DNA of 64,000 nucleotides, from NCBI GenBank assembly GCA_024137785.1, contig JAHRHZ010000050.1:17087874-17151873 (forward strand), read 5' to 3'. A program made the position numbers and the translations under genes. Origin of the DNA: Ginglymostoma cirratum. Taxonomy: Eukaryota. Numbering within the stretch: position 1 is the first letter of the stretch; the number at the start of each line of letters is the position of its first letter. This document shows positions 1 through 13,019 of the stretch, piece after piece. Under the pieces are notes generated by a model. It searched no databases and was not told the DNA's origin. It saw nothing but the letters and a program-made list of their open reading frames with translations.

Positions 1-1686
1 TCACTGTCTGTTTCTTCCCTTTTGTTTCATTTTGGTTATGGCCCTCTGTCTCACTGTGTTATTTAACTCTCTTTCTTCCCACTTCCTTTTGTGTATCCAT
101 CTGTCAACCTCAGCCTCACACAGATTGCGACATGTGCAGAGTTCCACCATCTATTCTTTACTCTTGTCAGGATTCACTTACAATATCTCAGGTCTGATAC
201 AGTTGATTGTCCCTAGATTAAAATGGTACTTTCTGTGTTTGCTGAAAACATTTTTCTTTAATGAAACTGTTTAAAAAGCTCATTTAAATCTGTTTTCCTG
301 AAGTACACAATTCCATTATTTCAGTTTGTTATTGTAGCAATGTGCTAATAAAAATATATCTTTTCTGCAAAACTGCACTTAACTGCTGTTTACATGTCAG
401 TGGTAAATCAATTATATAAGTGCACTTTTATGCAATAATAACACCTGGCTACAGCTACCACAGATGTTTACCATTACAATCATCCAAGCCTGATCAGTTG
501 AAAAACTATATCTTTCACAAGACTGAATTTAGCTGTTAAATAGATTCTAACCAAACTTGCATGTCTTTGTGATTGACAGTTAAATTAACCACAAGCCCCT
601 GCAAAGTTTGGTTTAACAGAAACAGCTGAATTTGAAGCAGCTCCAAATTGAACCTATTTAATTGTATTTTTGCTTTCTCTTAACTGATTCTAATGTCATA
701 TCTTCCGTAATAACTTAGTGCATTGTAAATATGACAACTGCTATTTTCTTGCAATTACACAAAGTTTTGAATGTGCTGTGGATTTTATGATCTTTCACTT
801 CACACAGAAAATAGATCTTTCTCAGTTATATGAATGCATGATATACTTGGTCCAGTGCACACACAACACTAAGTGTAACAGATGCCAAACCTAACACATA
901 CTCTGACCTCAGCAGATGGTGGTGCAGGGACACCAATGATCCAGAACTAATATCATGTGCCATGTCACATTGTTTAAAGCAGACGGTGGAGTCCCTGTAA
1001 TTTCCTATTACAATAGCTCAATACTGTACTTGCAAACTCATCAAATTGAGCACTTTAATTGTTTACTGAAATGTTAACTAGACAGGTTCCAAAGATACTC
1101 CTTGAGAGGACAATGTTCATCCACTGCATACTTCACAATGCAAAATATTTTGATAAAGTCTAATTTATTTGTGGGTGAATTTAGAAGCAAAATGCTTCTG
1201 AAATACATTTTTATGTTTGTATTTTATTTCATCACAGTCACTGACTACAATACTTAATTAAGCAAACTCAGCAGTCAATTCACAACACTTCTGAACTTCA
1301 CTGTTCTGGAATATAAATTTACTATATGTTTACCAAAAAATTATTCTTGCAACATTTCTTCTACAGTTGCACTATCACCAGGACAATGTAGGGTGGGAAT
1401 GTAGAGTGCAGCAAAATATCAATGCAAATCATTTGACTCAGCTATTCATTATTACAGGATTTCATAACATATTCCAGGGGCCTAATACCTACTTTAGTTG
1501 TCAACCATAGAAAATACGTCCACACATTCAGCAATAAAACTGATGCCTGTATGGATCAGTAGTTTGCTGTCACATTGCGACGTGTACGTATTTTGTGCCC
1601 ATTTCTAGATTGAAACGTAGCTGCAGCAAATACCAATTTCTACCTCCATTTCTCTGTTGCATTTTGAGCGCATTTCAATTAACCAA

Positions 1687-1735
1687 TACTAACAATGTTC
1701 ATTGTTTGTGGTTTCCTGTTTTGTAGCAGGTAAGT
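1687..1735 (+). other. Splice-signal stack: branch point TACTAAC, U-rich tract, TAG/CAG acceptor, GTAAGT donor
   Basis: tactaac(1687-1693)...gtttcctgttttgtag|cag|gtaagt (AG 1725-1726, CAG 1727-1729, GT 1730). Confidence 0.5.
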
Positions 1736-2224
1736 TGAAAATAAACAATTTTTTTGCAGAAAATCAGCTTTTCTTTTTGTACATACAGTTTTGCAATGAA
1801 AATTGTTAATTGGATGGGTTTGTTTTTCACCTATACAATTCAGCAAGCCAGTTCCAGGTTTTAAAATTATTCACAAAATTGGTGCATATTTAAAAGCATT
1901 AACAAATGATTTATATTGATATCTTTGGGATAAAAACATATTTCCTGCAAGGATGTTAAGAACAATTTTATGCATATTAATGCTTATTTTACACATACTA
2001 AATATATTGGGCAAAATCCTACAGGGGCCTGAGCGATGTGGACTATGGCAAGTTTTGTGGCAGAGCTGCATTAGAAGTCTGTCGAGATTTATACATCAAA
2101 CAAAACTCACTGCATCTTTTATGCATTTGCCAAGTGGTGAGTTGTTCCTATCACTTGAGGCATGTCACTTTCATTTGCCAATCACTTTAAGTCTGCGCCC
2201 ATGAAAATGGAAACCTGGAAGAAA

Positions 2225-2445
2225 GAGCTGGCCCTAATGGTGACCATGTATCCATTGTTGAGAGCTGTAAAAGCCCATTTTAATTTGCTAATGCAAAGGA
2301 AGGAAATCTTCCATTCTTACCTGTTCTGACTGACATGTGACTCCAAACCCACAGCAATATGGTTGACTCTTAATTGCCTGCTGGGAAATTAGGGGTGGGG
2401 GCTAAACGCTGACCTAGCCAGCAATGCTCGAATCCATCAGATAAT
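2225..2445 (+). mobile_element. 5'-truncated copy of bipartite tRNA-headed SINE (LINE-derived body and tail)
   Basis: Aligns by eye to the 15429-15715 and 38351-38670 copies (aaggaaatct..cttacc..catgtgactccaaacccacagcaat..gggaaattaggg..ctagccagcaatgc). Confidence 0.75.
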
Positions 2446-4179
2446 TTTTAAAGAAGTGTTGTTCGGGTTGGGTAGGTGTGGCAATCAAGAAAATGGAGTT
2501 AACGCCACAATTTGGTCAGCCATTGTGTTATTGGATAGCAGAGCAGATTTGGGGAGCTAAATGGCCTACTCCTGTTCCAATTTCTTTTGAATGTAATGTC
2601 CCACTATCATCTATCACCACCTGCCAGTCATCACCTTCCACGCTCTTCGGTCACCCTCACTGTTCCCTTCATCACCCTCAATTGCCTATCAATCACCCTC
2701 CACTCTCCCCCACACATTCAACATTGATCCTCCCCCATCATCCCTGCTCTGCTCAGGATGACTCTTAACTCTTTCTCAAGTACCCTTGATCTCCCCTCAA
2801 TCAAAATTGAGCTGCCCTTGGTTCAACCTCTTTCTCTGTCTCTCTGTTTCTGTCTCTCTCTCTCTCTCTGTTTCCCACCACCCACCCCTGCCTTACGTCA
2901 GTCAACACCCTCTGACAGAATACCAAGCCCCACATACATGAAGCTGCAGAACTTCCACTCCCCTGTTCCAGCATCACTCCCTGCAAACAGACTGGGTTTG
3001 TTGCCTTGTGCCCTTTTTGAGTCAATGGTTCCTTTTAAGAATTGGTATAATGTTAACTAATTTATAATTCATGGCAATGCTAGAGTGGCAGAGAGAGTTC
3101 AAGAATATTGGACACACCTCCATTAAGTCTGATTGTGAATTCCAATTCAAGATCAAATGCATAGAAAAACTGTGACAAGAGCCATTATGGCAGATAGGTG
3201 CCCATCCTCCAGTAGTTGAGCATGCATTTATTATCTTATTCCAGGATCAAACTAAAAGTAGCACCTGGCTGCCGAATAAAGAGAACACAAAACTCTCCTC
3301 ATGCACTTCATGTCTGGGCATGGTTGAGAAAACTTACCCGAAAACATCTTGATGGTGTGCAGCGTTAAAGATCCCTTCAGTCAGTGTCACAGCAGATTTA
3401 CACTGGACATGATATCTTACACTGGATTGAGGACATGATCAAGTAATTTGCTTTGCATGGATACTTCTGCAGGGATGCACAATTCATGAGAAAGTCGATG
3501 CACTGGTACCTTAAGCATTAGCGGTGACGAGATAGACTTTGTTGTTGAAGAATTCAGTTCAGATTTAGTGATGTCCAGAACCTGTATAATGATAATTTTA
3601 AATAAACTAATATCAGTTAATGATGACAAGCAATATATTTCAATTATAGAGTCTAGACGTTCAAATTAAAAATACTGAGAAAGCATCCAAAATATCAGAG
3701 ACTGGGCAGGAGCCAGAACAGCTAGAAGCCAGACTGTCCCATATCTGAATTGTTACCCTGGGCCAGGTGAAGTTCTAATGATTTTATAAAGACACAAGAA
3801 AGATTGTGACCAATATCCCGGTCACTTGTAGGATTCCATCCAGAGACAGTATCCTGTTGTCTTACCCCTTCTATTAGTGGTTACCTTCATAGAAATTCTA
3901 TTTCTTTTAGTACTTCCTCTGTTCCTACCTGCCTCAGAAAAAGAAATGGCTTGGGAAATTTCCAACTGTGTGCTCCATGAGAACAGTCTTCCAGATTTTT
4001 TATTCCTTTATGATTTGACCTTTGGGATCTTTCAAAGCCCACACATTTATGAACCAGCTTGTTCATATTGCTGGATATTTGATTTGTCTCAATAGTTCCC
4101 TAAGTTCTAACTTAATGTGAGGTTTTTAACTTTTACTGAAGAGATAACAGAAGTTAATGTCCAATTTTGAAGTCTTGGA

Positions 4180-5260
4180 CTGAAAACAGCAAAAGGTGGA
4201 GATCACAGCGGGCCGGACAGCATCCATGGAGAGACAGCGAGCTAATGTTTCGAGTCCAGGTGACTGTTTATCAGAGCTGACGTGAAGTGTGGAGAGGACA
4301 GCATTTATGCTATAGTTTGGTGGCGTGTGTTAGGTGCTGGTGGAGAAAAAATGTTGATAGTTCAGATTGAGAGATTGGAATGTGAGAATGGCAGAAGAAT
4401 GGTGTGTCTCCTGACAGACTTGAAAGGACAGGAACTGGGAAGGGCTGTGGGGTGGGGGGAAGACATGATAACAATCTAAAAGATTGCTATCTTTATCTAA
4501 AAGATTGTACATAGAGGTGTACAAAATGATGAGAGGTATAGATGGAATAAACAGCCAAAGACTTTTTCCTAGGGTGGAGGTAGCTATTACGAGGGGGCAT
4601 AGTTTTAAAGTGAGTGGAGGTAGATATAGGGGAGACGTCAGAGGTAGGTTCTTTACTCAAAGAGTGGTAGGGGCGTGGAATGCATTGCCGGTGAGGGTAG
4701 TGGAGTTGGCTTCATTAGGGGCATTTAAGTGGCTATTAGATAGGCATATGGATGATAGTATAAGGTAGGGGTGGAGGTTAGATAGACCTTAGGTTTAGGG
4801 TAAAAGTTTGGCACAACATCGTAGGCGGCCTGTACTGTGCTGTACTGTTCTATGTTCTAAAGGGAAGTAATGGTATCAAAACTTAAAGATGTTGAACTCC
4901 ATATTAAGTCCAGAAGGCTGTAAAGTGCATACTCTGAATATAAGATGTTGTTCCTCCAGTTTGCATTGTGATTCACGAAAACAGAGAAGGGGCAGTGAAG
5001 GAGGAGGTGAAGGAGCAGATGTTGCACCTTCTGCGGTTACATGGGAAGGTGCCAGGGTGTGGAATGGACAAGGGTGTCCCGGAGGGAAGGATCCCTGCAA
5101 AATGCAGACAGGGGCAATGAGGGGAAGATATGTTTGATAGTGGCATTCTGCTGGAGTTGTCTGAAGTGGCAGAGAAATGGGGTGTGACAAGCTGTAGTGA
5201 AGGTAGCTATGGAGTCAGTGGCTTTGTGGAGGACCTGGAGCTTGAAAAAAATGTGTTGGC
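4180..5260 (-). mobile_element. Penelope-like element remnant (GIY-YIG C-terminus + pLTR), interrupted by a CR1 fragment
   Basis: ORF 4876-5190(-) contains KLEEQHLIFRVCTLQPSGLNMEF, typical of a Penelope GIY-YIG C-terminus. A pLTR-like sequence with a degenerate hammerhead core lies at ~4240-4280. Confidence 0.75.
4490..4858 (+). mobile_element. CR1/HER1-like LINE 3' end (relatively intact)
   Basis: ORF 4484-4768 reads IEVYKMMRGID..LFP..TRGHSFKV.G.R.RGDVRGRFFTQRVVGAWNALP. Ends in tgtactgttctatgttcta tail. Confidence 0.9.
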
Positions 5261-6699
5261 TATATCATTCCCTCTGTGATAATCATTTGAGTCACCAGAA
5301 TGAATGATAAGTGAAGCAAGAGATGTTTAAATACAGTTTCCAAAAGTTGGTATCTCTATCTGATTCCATGCACAAGCCAAGACTCTTCCTTGCACTCACG
5401 CACAACTAAGGGAGGATAAAGGTCTGGAGGGGATGCAAGGAACATTAAAAAAGCTTACAATAGCACATCTGAACCAGAACCAACACAACCTGTAGAGGAA
5501 ATAGTGCCTGAACCTGTATTGGAGAAGTAATAGCTGAGGACTCTTTGGTAAAATCTCCATCTCTTCCCAATGCTGAAGCTAACGATTCCAGAACATTCTC
5601 CTGGACTTCAGTAACAAATAAGAAGGTTCTAACTATTGGTACAAGAGCAGCAGCTGTGTCTTCAGCCTTGGGCTCCCAAACCTTTCTCTTGCATGCAAAA
5701 TATCTGCAGTAGATTCTGCACTAAATTAAATTATTATTATCCACTTGGCAGAAGGACTTGCTGATACAGCTTTCATATAAGGATGATGCATCCAAGTTAA
5801 AAATATTGGCAGTAGAAGTTTTCACGGTAAGTTATCGATAGTAGCCAGACTTCAAGAACACAATCTTTTTTTGCAGTTAACTGGAAAGACCTTGAATGCA
5901 GACTCAAATTCCAATTATGGCCAAAACCGCCTCGAGGAAAAACCCATTATACTTGGAAGTTAATGTACTAGAGTGCTATTTTGAGATATACAAGATATTC
6001 TGTACCAGTATGAGTCATTTAAAAGTTTACTCTTTTTTTCCTTTTGGGGGTGGCCCTCAAGTTGCCTGATGTCTCATGCTACCATTTTCTTTTCCAGTGG
6101 CATCTAAGTTCAAACTGTTGACAAAATTGGTCAAATGCACAGAAGCGGGAGAGGAAGAGGTGAAGACCATGATGGGTGGGTTTAAATCAGAACATAGCCC
6201 AGAAGTTGTTTCCAGTGAATTGAGGATTTGAAATAGAGAAGTCAATTCTGTACTTTACCAGGAAAGAGGTTAATTATCAGACTGAGGGTAAGTTGCTTAG
6301 AAACACTGTCACCAACCTTTCCTTGCACAGCCTCCCGCCACATCTGAGGACAAAGATAGCAGCAGAACAAGGAAAAGATTAAGGATGACAAGGCCAATAT
6401 AGATGTTTACAAGTTAGGCAAGAAAGATGGTTGAGGGATCTGGCACATGCCCCCAACCAATCATTGCTATTGTTCACAACAATAGAAATCATTGTCTGAA
6501 TAGCCTGTCAATCAAGATTGTCTACGCATCTTATTGCCTGCTTTCGATATTGACTATCTCAACTGATGGGCTTCCCATCAATGAGTCTAGAAACCCCCAA
6601 GGGGCTTTAGCCTTGCCCAGTGGGGGTGCTGGAATGGCACTCTGGTGCACTCAGCAGAACTACATTCCTGACAGATAGGGAGAAGCAATATAGACATCA

Positions 6700-7835
6700 T
6701 AATGCAGTTGTAAAAAGCTGGGGGTGTACATGCATTGATCCCTGAAGCCAGCAGGGCATGCTGAGACAGTAATGAACGAACTGGGATTTTGGTCTTAAGA
6801 AAATAGAGATAATGAGTACAAAGCAGGGATGTTATGCTGAAACTTTACATCTCTGGTTATGCCTGAACTAGTGTGTTGTACCTAATTCTGTCATTATTCT
6901 TTAAGAAAATCATGCAAGGATCCATGAGAAGATACGGTTAGGGTTAGAGAAGATGTTTGAGAAGATGCAGGAATGGTTGCAGAGATGGGTTCTTCCTTTA
7001 GCAACAAGATTCAGCTGGAGAAGTTGTTGTTGTCCTTGGAGCAGAGGAGACTGAAGGGAGATTTGACAGAGGTATACGATATTTTGGCAGATTTGTATTA
7101 GGTAGACAAGGAAACATGGTTCCCATTCAGTGATAATACAAGGACAAGACTAGACAGATATGAAGTTCTGAACAATTGATTCAGAAGTTACGTGAGGCCT
7201 TTTTCTAAAACAGTAACTGGCATCAAACTAGAACTTGCTACCCATGAGGGTGGTGGAAAGTAGGACAGTCAATGATTTCGAAAGGAGTACTGTGAGTAAT
7301 TTGGTCTCCTTATTTAAGGAAAGATATCATTTTATTGTAGGCAGTTCAGGGAAAGTTCAGGAGGAATATCCCAAGTAAGTAGGGATCGTCCTATGAGCAA
7401 AGACTAAACAGATGGGACTCTACTCATTGGACTTCAGAAGAATGAGAGGTAAACTTATTGAAACATGAGAGATTCTTGAGGTGCTTGACAGGATAAACGT
7501 TGAGAAGATGTTCCCCCTCAATAGACAGGCTAGGACCGAAGGGCATAATCTCAGAATTAAGAGATGGCAATTTAAGACTGAGATAAGGAGGAATTTCTTC
7601 TCTCAGAGGGTTATAAGTCTTTGGAATGCCTAGTCACAGATAGCTGTGCAGGCAGAGTCCTTGTGCATACTTAAGGCTGAGATAGATAGCTTCTTGATCA
7701 GTAGGGGAATCAAGATTTATGGTAAAATGCAGGTAAGTGAATGTGAGGAATAGCACATCAACCATGATTCTATTGAATGGTGGAGCAGGATTGAGGGGTC
7801 AAATAGCCTATTCCTGTTCCTATGTCTTGTGGTCT
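6700..7835 (+). mobile_element. Two adjacent decayed CR1-like LINE 3' fragments
   Basis: CR1 3' motifs (aggaatttcttctctcagagggtt, ttgaatggtggagcagg..gaggggtcaaatagcctattcctgttcct). Confidence 0.75.
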
Positions 7836-7881
7836 TGAGAGCATTTGACTTTACTGGGTTAGCTCAAATACTTTCTATTGC

Positions 7882-8116
7882 TAGATATTTTCTAATCAAT
7901 GCATTCAGAGATGTTATTACACATCACTGGAGAAGGTGGGACTTGAACCTGGGCCTCCTGGCTCAGAGGTAAAGGACACTACCACAACAGGCGTTATGCA
8001 GGTGTGTAGTTATTTTTAATCAACTTGTTCCAATATGTTATGGCACATCTCTGAAGCAGGGAGATGGAACCAGGATCTTCTGGATGAGAGGCAGAGACTC
8101 TACCACTACACCACAA
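7882..8116 (-). mobile_element. Tandem pair of ~115-bp tRNA-derived mini-SINEs
   Basis: The reverse complement matches + strand copies at 24770, 27488, 45628 and 62587 (A-box/B-box-like head, tail taacatctctgaac..gattagaaaatatct). Confidence 0.75.
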
Positions 8117-9449
8117 TGGGCACGATGTAATTCCATATAATATAATTCTAAACATAATCCACCTGTTTCCCTTTATTCTATTTTCCTGAGTTCAGGCCAC
8201 ATTGATAAATTTTGCTTCTTAAAGTTAATCATTCTTTGATCATATTCTCTTTTCCACTATTAGTCTAATACAAACTTTCTTATGGTGTCATCACAGTTGC
8301 AAGGTATCTGTATTCTCTCAGTGTAATCTGCTTTACCATCATCTCATTGTTAATTAATATTTGATTCAATAGTGCCTCCCTTCTGTTGACCTTCTTTTCA
8401 TATAACACTTCACAATTAAATCCAAGATTAGTGTTTCACTCTTGTTCTATACTTTATAGATGCCAGAATCTAAATGAGGTCAGCCAAACAATTACATACC
8501 TTTCTGTACATTCTTCACTTGTTTATAACATCATAGGATGCCTGCTGAGATCTTGCATGAATAATCTTAATTACTAATGGCATAATAATGGATAAACAAA
8601 AATATGCCCTTTTAATCTTAAGAAAATCAGAGTGTTATAGTGTGGCTCTTCCGGGACATGTATTTTCAGCAATCTTGCATTTATCAGCAGATAATTTAAA
8701 ATTTAGAACTCCCTCAGATAAACATCCAATAAATGTTCACATAATTGTCAGATAACTCGAATAGTTACCACGAAAGATAATTTTCTTGACTTGAAACTTA
8801 AAACTAATCTAAAGCATCTTTAAGATAATAACGACGGATTGTGCAGAAGAAATGTTAATGTTTGTAAAAGCACATATGTTTAAGTCTCCAAAGACAAAAG
8901 TTAGACATGTTATTTGGTTTGACGCAAATTATGTGAATGATAATTCTTCAGTAACAAAGTCACATCTCAAGATGAGTTATCATGTATCATTTTTGGTGTG
9001 CACGATGTTAACATCAATATTGCTTCAGAAGACAGAGGTACCCTTGAGAATCAATCAACCAGGTAAACAAAAGGATGCATTTGAAGGTAACAAAGAAATG
9101 CACTCAATGTAATTTGTTCTTGCCAGGTGACACACGAATATGGTAGGATGTCACAAGTAACTGAGCATCAAGGAGAACGAACAATTAAGTAGTAAAGGTC
9201 TTGCCTTCATTCTCATGGATTTGACTTTTGAGTTCATTTGCTGTCTTGCTTCTCTCAACCTTACCTGCCCTGTACCCGCCCTGGTAAATATTCATGGCCA
9301 TCAACTCAACCTCAATATTGCTCATGGCTTCACTATTCCCAAGGTCTCAGTCACTAATGAAACTGCCTCCAACAATTTTCTTATAGCCCTTAATTACCTG
9401 CTTCTCCCTAGGCAAATGAGTTTATGGAGAAAAATGTAGTTGGTCTGGA

Positions 9450-10040
9450 CAGCTAATGAGTGAAGAGACACAACTAAAGTTGAAACATTTTTCTAAATTG
9501 GTATTTTGCTCTTCAAAGGAGATTGTGACTTAGGGATAACTTCCATGTTCAATCATTAACTTTTTGGTTGCAAGTATTCACTATATTTATTATTGACATA
9601 GATAATACATTAGAAAGTTTGCAGATGATACAGTAAAAGATGGCTTATTAACATATGGAAGCATCCATAAAATCACAAAGACATTGATAGATTAAGTGAT
9701 TAGATAACAATGTGGCAGATGGATTTCAACACAATTAAATGTGAAATAAACCATCTGGTGGCAGAAACAATTACATGGTGTAAAACCAAGAATAGTGAAA
9801 GGTCCAAAGAGATGTAGGATTCCACAATCATTGGTTATTAAAATATTGGCCAAATACAAATATGAATTAAAAAGACTAACGGAATGTTGGGCTTGTGTCT
9901 ATAGGATTGATGTATAGAGAGAAAGATTTGCTATAGCAATACAAAGCTTTGCTTAGGCATCAGCTGGAGTATTGTGGATAGTTCTGAGCATGAAATCTGA
10001 GGAAACCATAATTGACCTTGGAAAAGAGTGCAGTGATTAA
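9450..10040 (+). mobile_element. Highly decayed CR1-like RT fragment
   Basis: aagtttgcagatgatac (KFADDT), tggcagatggatttcaac, ctggagtattgtg..gttctg motifs. Confidence 0.65.
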
Positions 10041-10239
10041 CCATAATGTTACTGCTCTCACTATTTAATAATCTCTACCACTGTATCATATGTTCATTAT
10101 TTACTTTTCTCACTGTCTTGGACATTCATTTCTGCCATGTACAGTATTTCTCATTTCTTTTCATACTCTGTTCTCATTTTTACTACTTCTGTTTATTGCA
10201 ATCTCTCTTATTTATGATTTCTCTTTTTCTCTACCAGTG

Positions 10240-11930
10240 TTGTAACTGGAAGAGCTTGGCTAGGGGATTGGCAAGTTCTGGAGCACAAATCTTCAGTCCT
10301 TTACTGGAATGCTAACAGGGCCCATAGCCTTTGCAGTATTCAATACCTCCAATCATTTATGAAGACTGGCATCTGTGATGTTGGGGATTCTGGAGGAGGT
10401 CATGTTGGATCATCAAGTCGGCACTTCTGGCTGAAAATTGTTGCAAATGCTTCAGCCTTATCCTGTGCACGAATTTATTGGGCACCCCCATCATCAAGGA
10501 TGAGGCTATTTTTGGAGGGTCCTCCTTCAGTGAGTTGTTTTATTAGCCACCGTCATTCATGACTGGATGCAACAGTACTGCAGATCTTAGATCTGATTCA
10601 TTGGATGTGGAATAGTTTAACTTTATCGGTCATTTGTGCATATGTTATTTGACATGCAATTTGTCCTGTTTTGTAGCTTCACCATGTTGACACCTCATTC
10701 TTAAGTATGCCTGGTGCTGATCCAGCATGCTCTCCTCTACTCTTCACTGAACAAGGGTTGATCTCCTGGCTAGAATGGGTGATATACTGAGTAATGAGGT
10801 TGCAGATTGTGTTGGAGTACAATTCTGCTGGTGCTGATGGTCACACCGCCTCATGGATGCTCACTGAGTTGCTAGATCTGTTCAATGTCCATCCCATTTA
10901 GCACAGTTATAATGCCACACAGCATAATGAGATATTCTCAATGTGAATACGTGACTCCATCTTGACAAGAACCATGCAGTGATCACTCTTACTGTCACGG
11001 ACAGTTGCATCTGCAACAGGAGGACTGGTGTGGATGAGATCACATATGAATTTTCCTCTTGTTGCCTCCCTCACCATCTTCTGCAGACCCAGTTTACTAG
11101 CTTTAGGACTCAACCAGCTCAGTTAGTAGTGCTGCTGCCAAGCCACTCTTGGTTGTGAATGTTAAAATTCAATCTGCACCCTTACCACCTTTAGTGCTTC
11201 CTCCAACATGAAGAAACACTGATACGCTTATCGAGGGAGAATGATATGTGACAATCGTTTCCCTTGCCCACGTTAAATCCAGTGCCATGAGACTTCATGG
11301 GGTCTAGAGTCAATGTCAAGGACTCCCAGGGCAACTCCCTCTCAACTGTAACTTACTGTGCTGCCACTTGTCCTGCCAGTGAGACAGGCCATATCCAGGG
11401 ATGGTGATGGTGGTGTCTGGGACATTGTATGGTTGATTATGTATGACTATGTCAGGCTGTTGCTTGATTAATCTGTTAGAGAACTCTCCGTGTTTTGGCA
11501 CTAGTCCCCAGATTTTAGTAAGGAGGACTTTACGGGTCAACAGCATTGTTTTTGCTGTTGTCATTTCTGGTGCCTAGTTCGATACCAGATGGTCTGCCTG
11601 ATTTCATTTCTTTTTGACAGTCTTTAGCAATTGTTACAACAGAGTGGCTTGTTTAGACATTTCAGATGGCAGTTATGAGTCAACCATTATAGTTCTGGAG
11701 TCACATGCAGTCCAGACCACGTAGGAACAGCATTTTCCTTTCCTGAAGGACATTTGCAAACCAAATGGGTTTTTCTGACAATTGACAATACTTTCATGGT
11801 CATCAATAGATTTTTATTTCAGATTTTTATTGAATTCAAATTCCTTGATTGCTATGGCAGAAATTGAACCCGGGTTCCCAGAATGTTAGCTGGATCTCTG
11901 AATTAATAGTCTAGCGATAATACCACAAGG
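10240..11930 (-). mobile_element. 5' part of an APE-RT LINE with a tRNA-like 5' head (head ~11640-11930; APE N-terminus ~11316-11564)
   Basis: The - strand begins ccttgtggtattatcgctagactattaattcagag...ccgggttcaatttc (same as the SINE head at 15429/38351) and runs into LLTKIWGLVPKHGEFSNRLIKQQPDIVI..VPDTTITIPGY and later SDHCMVLV (APE motifs). Confidence 0.8.
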
Positions 11931-12359
11931 TCCAAGTGCTGGCAACTTAGCGTTATCTCTAACTGGCAATGTAGTGGCACAGCAGCCCAAAGCTACACTG
12001 CTCAAGGGCATATAGTGGGCATGGCTGACACTCTCTCGCAAATACAATTGCATTCTTTCACACTATTCACTGTTTCATCATCAGGTCACACTGTCATTAG
12101 CTACATCCCATCTAAATACTATTTCTAGGTCACCACTACCCTGTCCCTAATGCCCACACGACACATACAGTTTGTCATTGTCCAGGAGGGGAACATCACA
12201 TACAGTCAGGCCAGAAAATTCCAAACAAGATCTTTTATTACAGCCACCAAAGGCAAACACAAAAACAAAATAAAGCCTGCAAGACGCCTCCACATGCAAG
12301 TCAAAAGCTGGAACCTTAACCATCAGCAATTTTACATTCCATTCATTGGTCAAAACATT

Positions 12360-12825
12360 GCGTATAAGAGTCAGGATGTCATGTTGCAGCTTACAGGACA
12401 TTGGTGAGGCTACTTTTAGAATACTGTGTACAATTCTAGTTGCCCTTCTCTAGGAAAGATATTGTTAAAGTTGAGAGGGTGCAGAAAATGGATAGGGTGA
12501 TTAGCCAAGGTCTTTTTCCTAGGGTTGGAGAGTCCAAAACTAGATGGCATATGTTTAAGGCGACAGGGGAATGATTTAAAAAAGACCTGGGGGGTAACTT
12601 TTTCACGCAGAGGGTGGTGCATGTGTGTAACGAGCTGTCAGAGGAAGTGGTGGAGATGGGTACAATGACAACATTTAAAACGTGTCCGGATAGGTACATG
12701 ATGAGGAAGGGTTTAGCGAGATATGGACCAAATGCTGACAAACGGGACTAGGTCAGATTGAGATGTCCAGTCAGTGTGGACAAGTTGGACCAAGGGTCCG
12801 TTTCCATGCTGTATAACTCTATGAT
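12360..12825 (+). mobile_element. CR1-like LINE 3' fragment
   Basis: gagagggtgcagaaa..ttttcctagggttggagagtcc..cttttcacgcagagggtggtg..tttccatgctgtataactctatga tail. Confidence 0.85.
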
Positions 12826-13019
12826 GGCTTGCTGCACCTAGCTCTCATCCACTGGAACTGGGTGACAAGGAAGTCCTGTCTGGATTATGGCAACAGACAC
12901 AGCTGAGCTCTCTCATGGACAAGAAGAGCTTCCTCTTCCCCAGTGTCCTCATCCTCCTCCTTGGAAGATTGCTCCTATTCTCAAAGTTTCTCAGCATCTA
13001 TCACATTGTCTTGTTGTCT

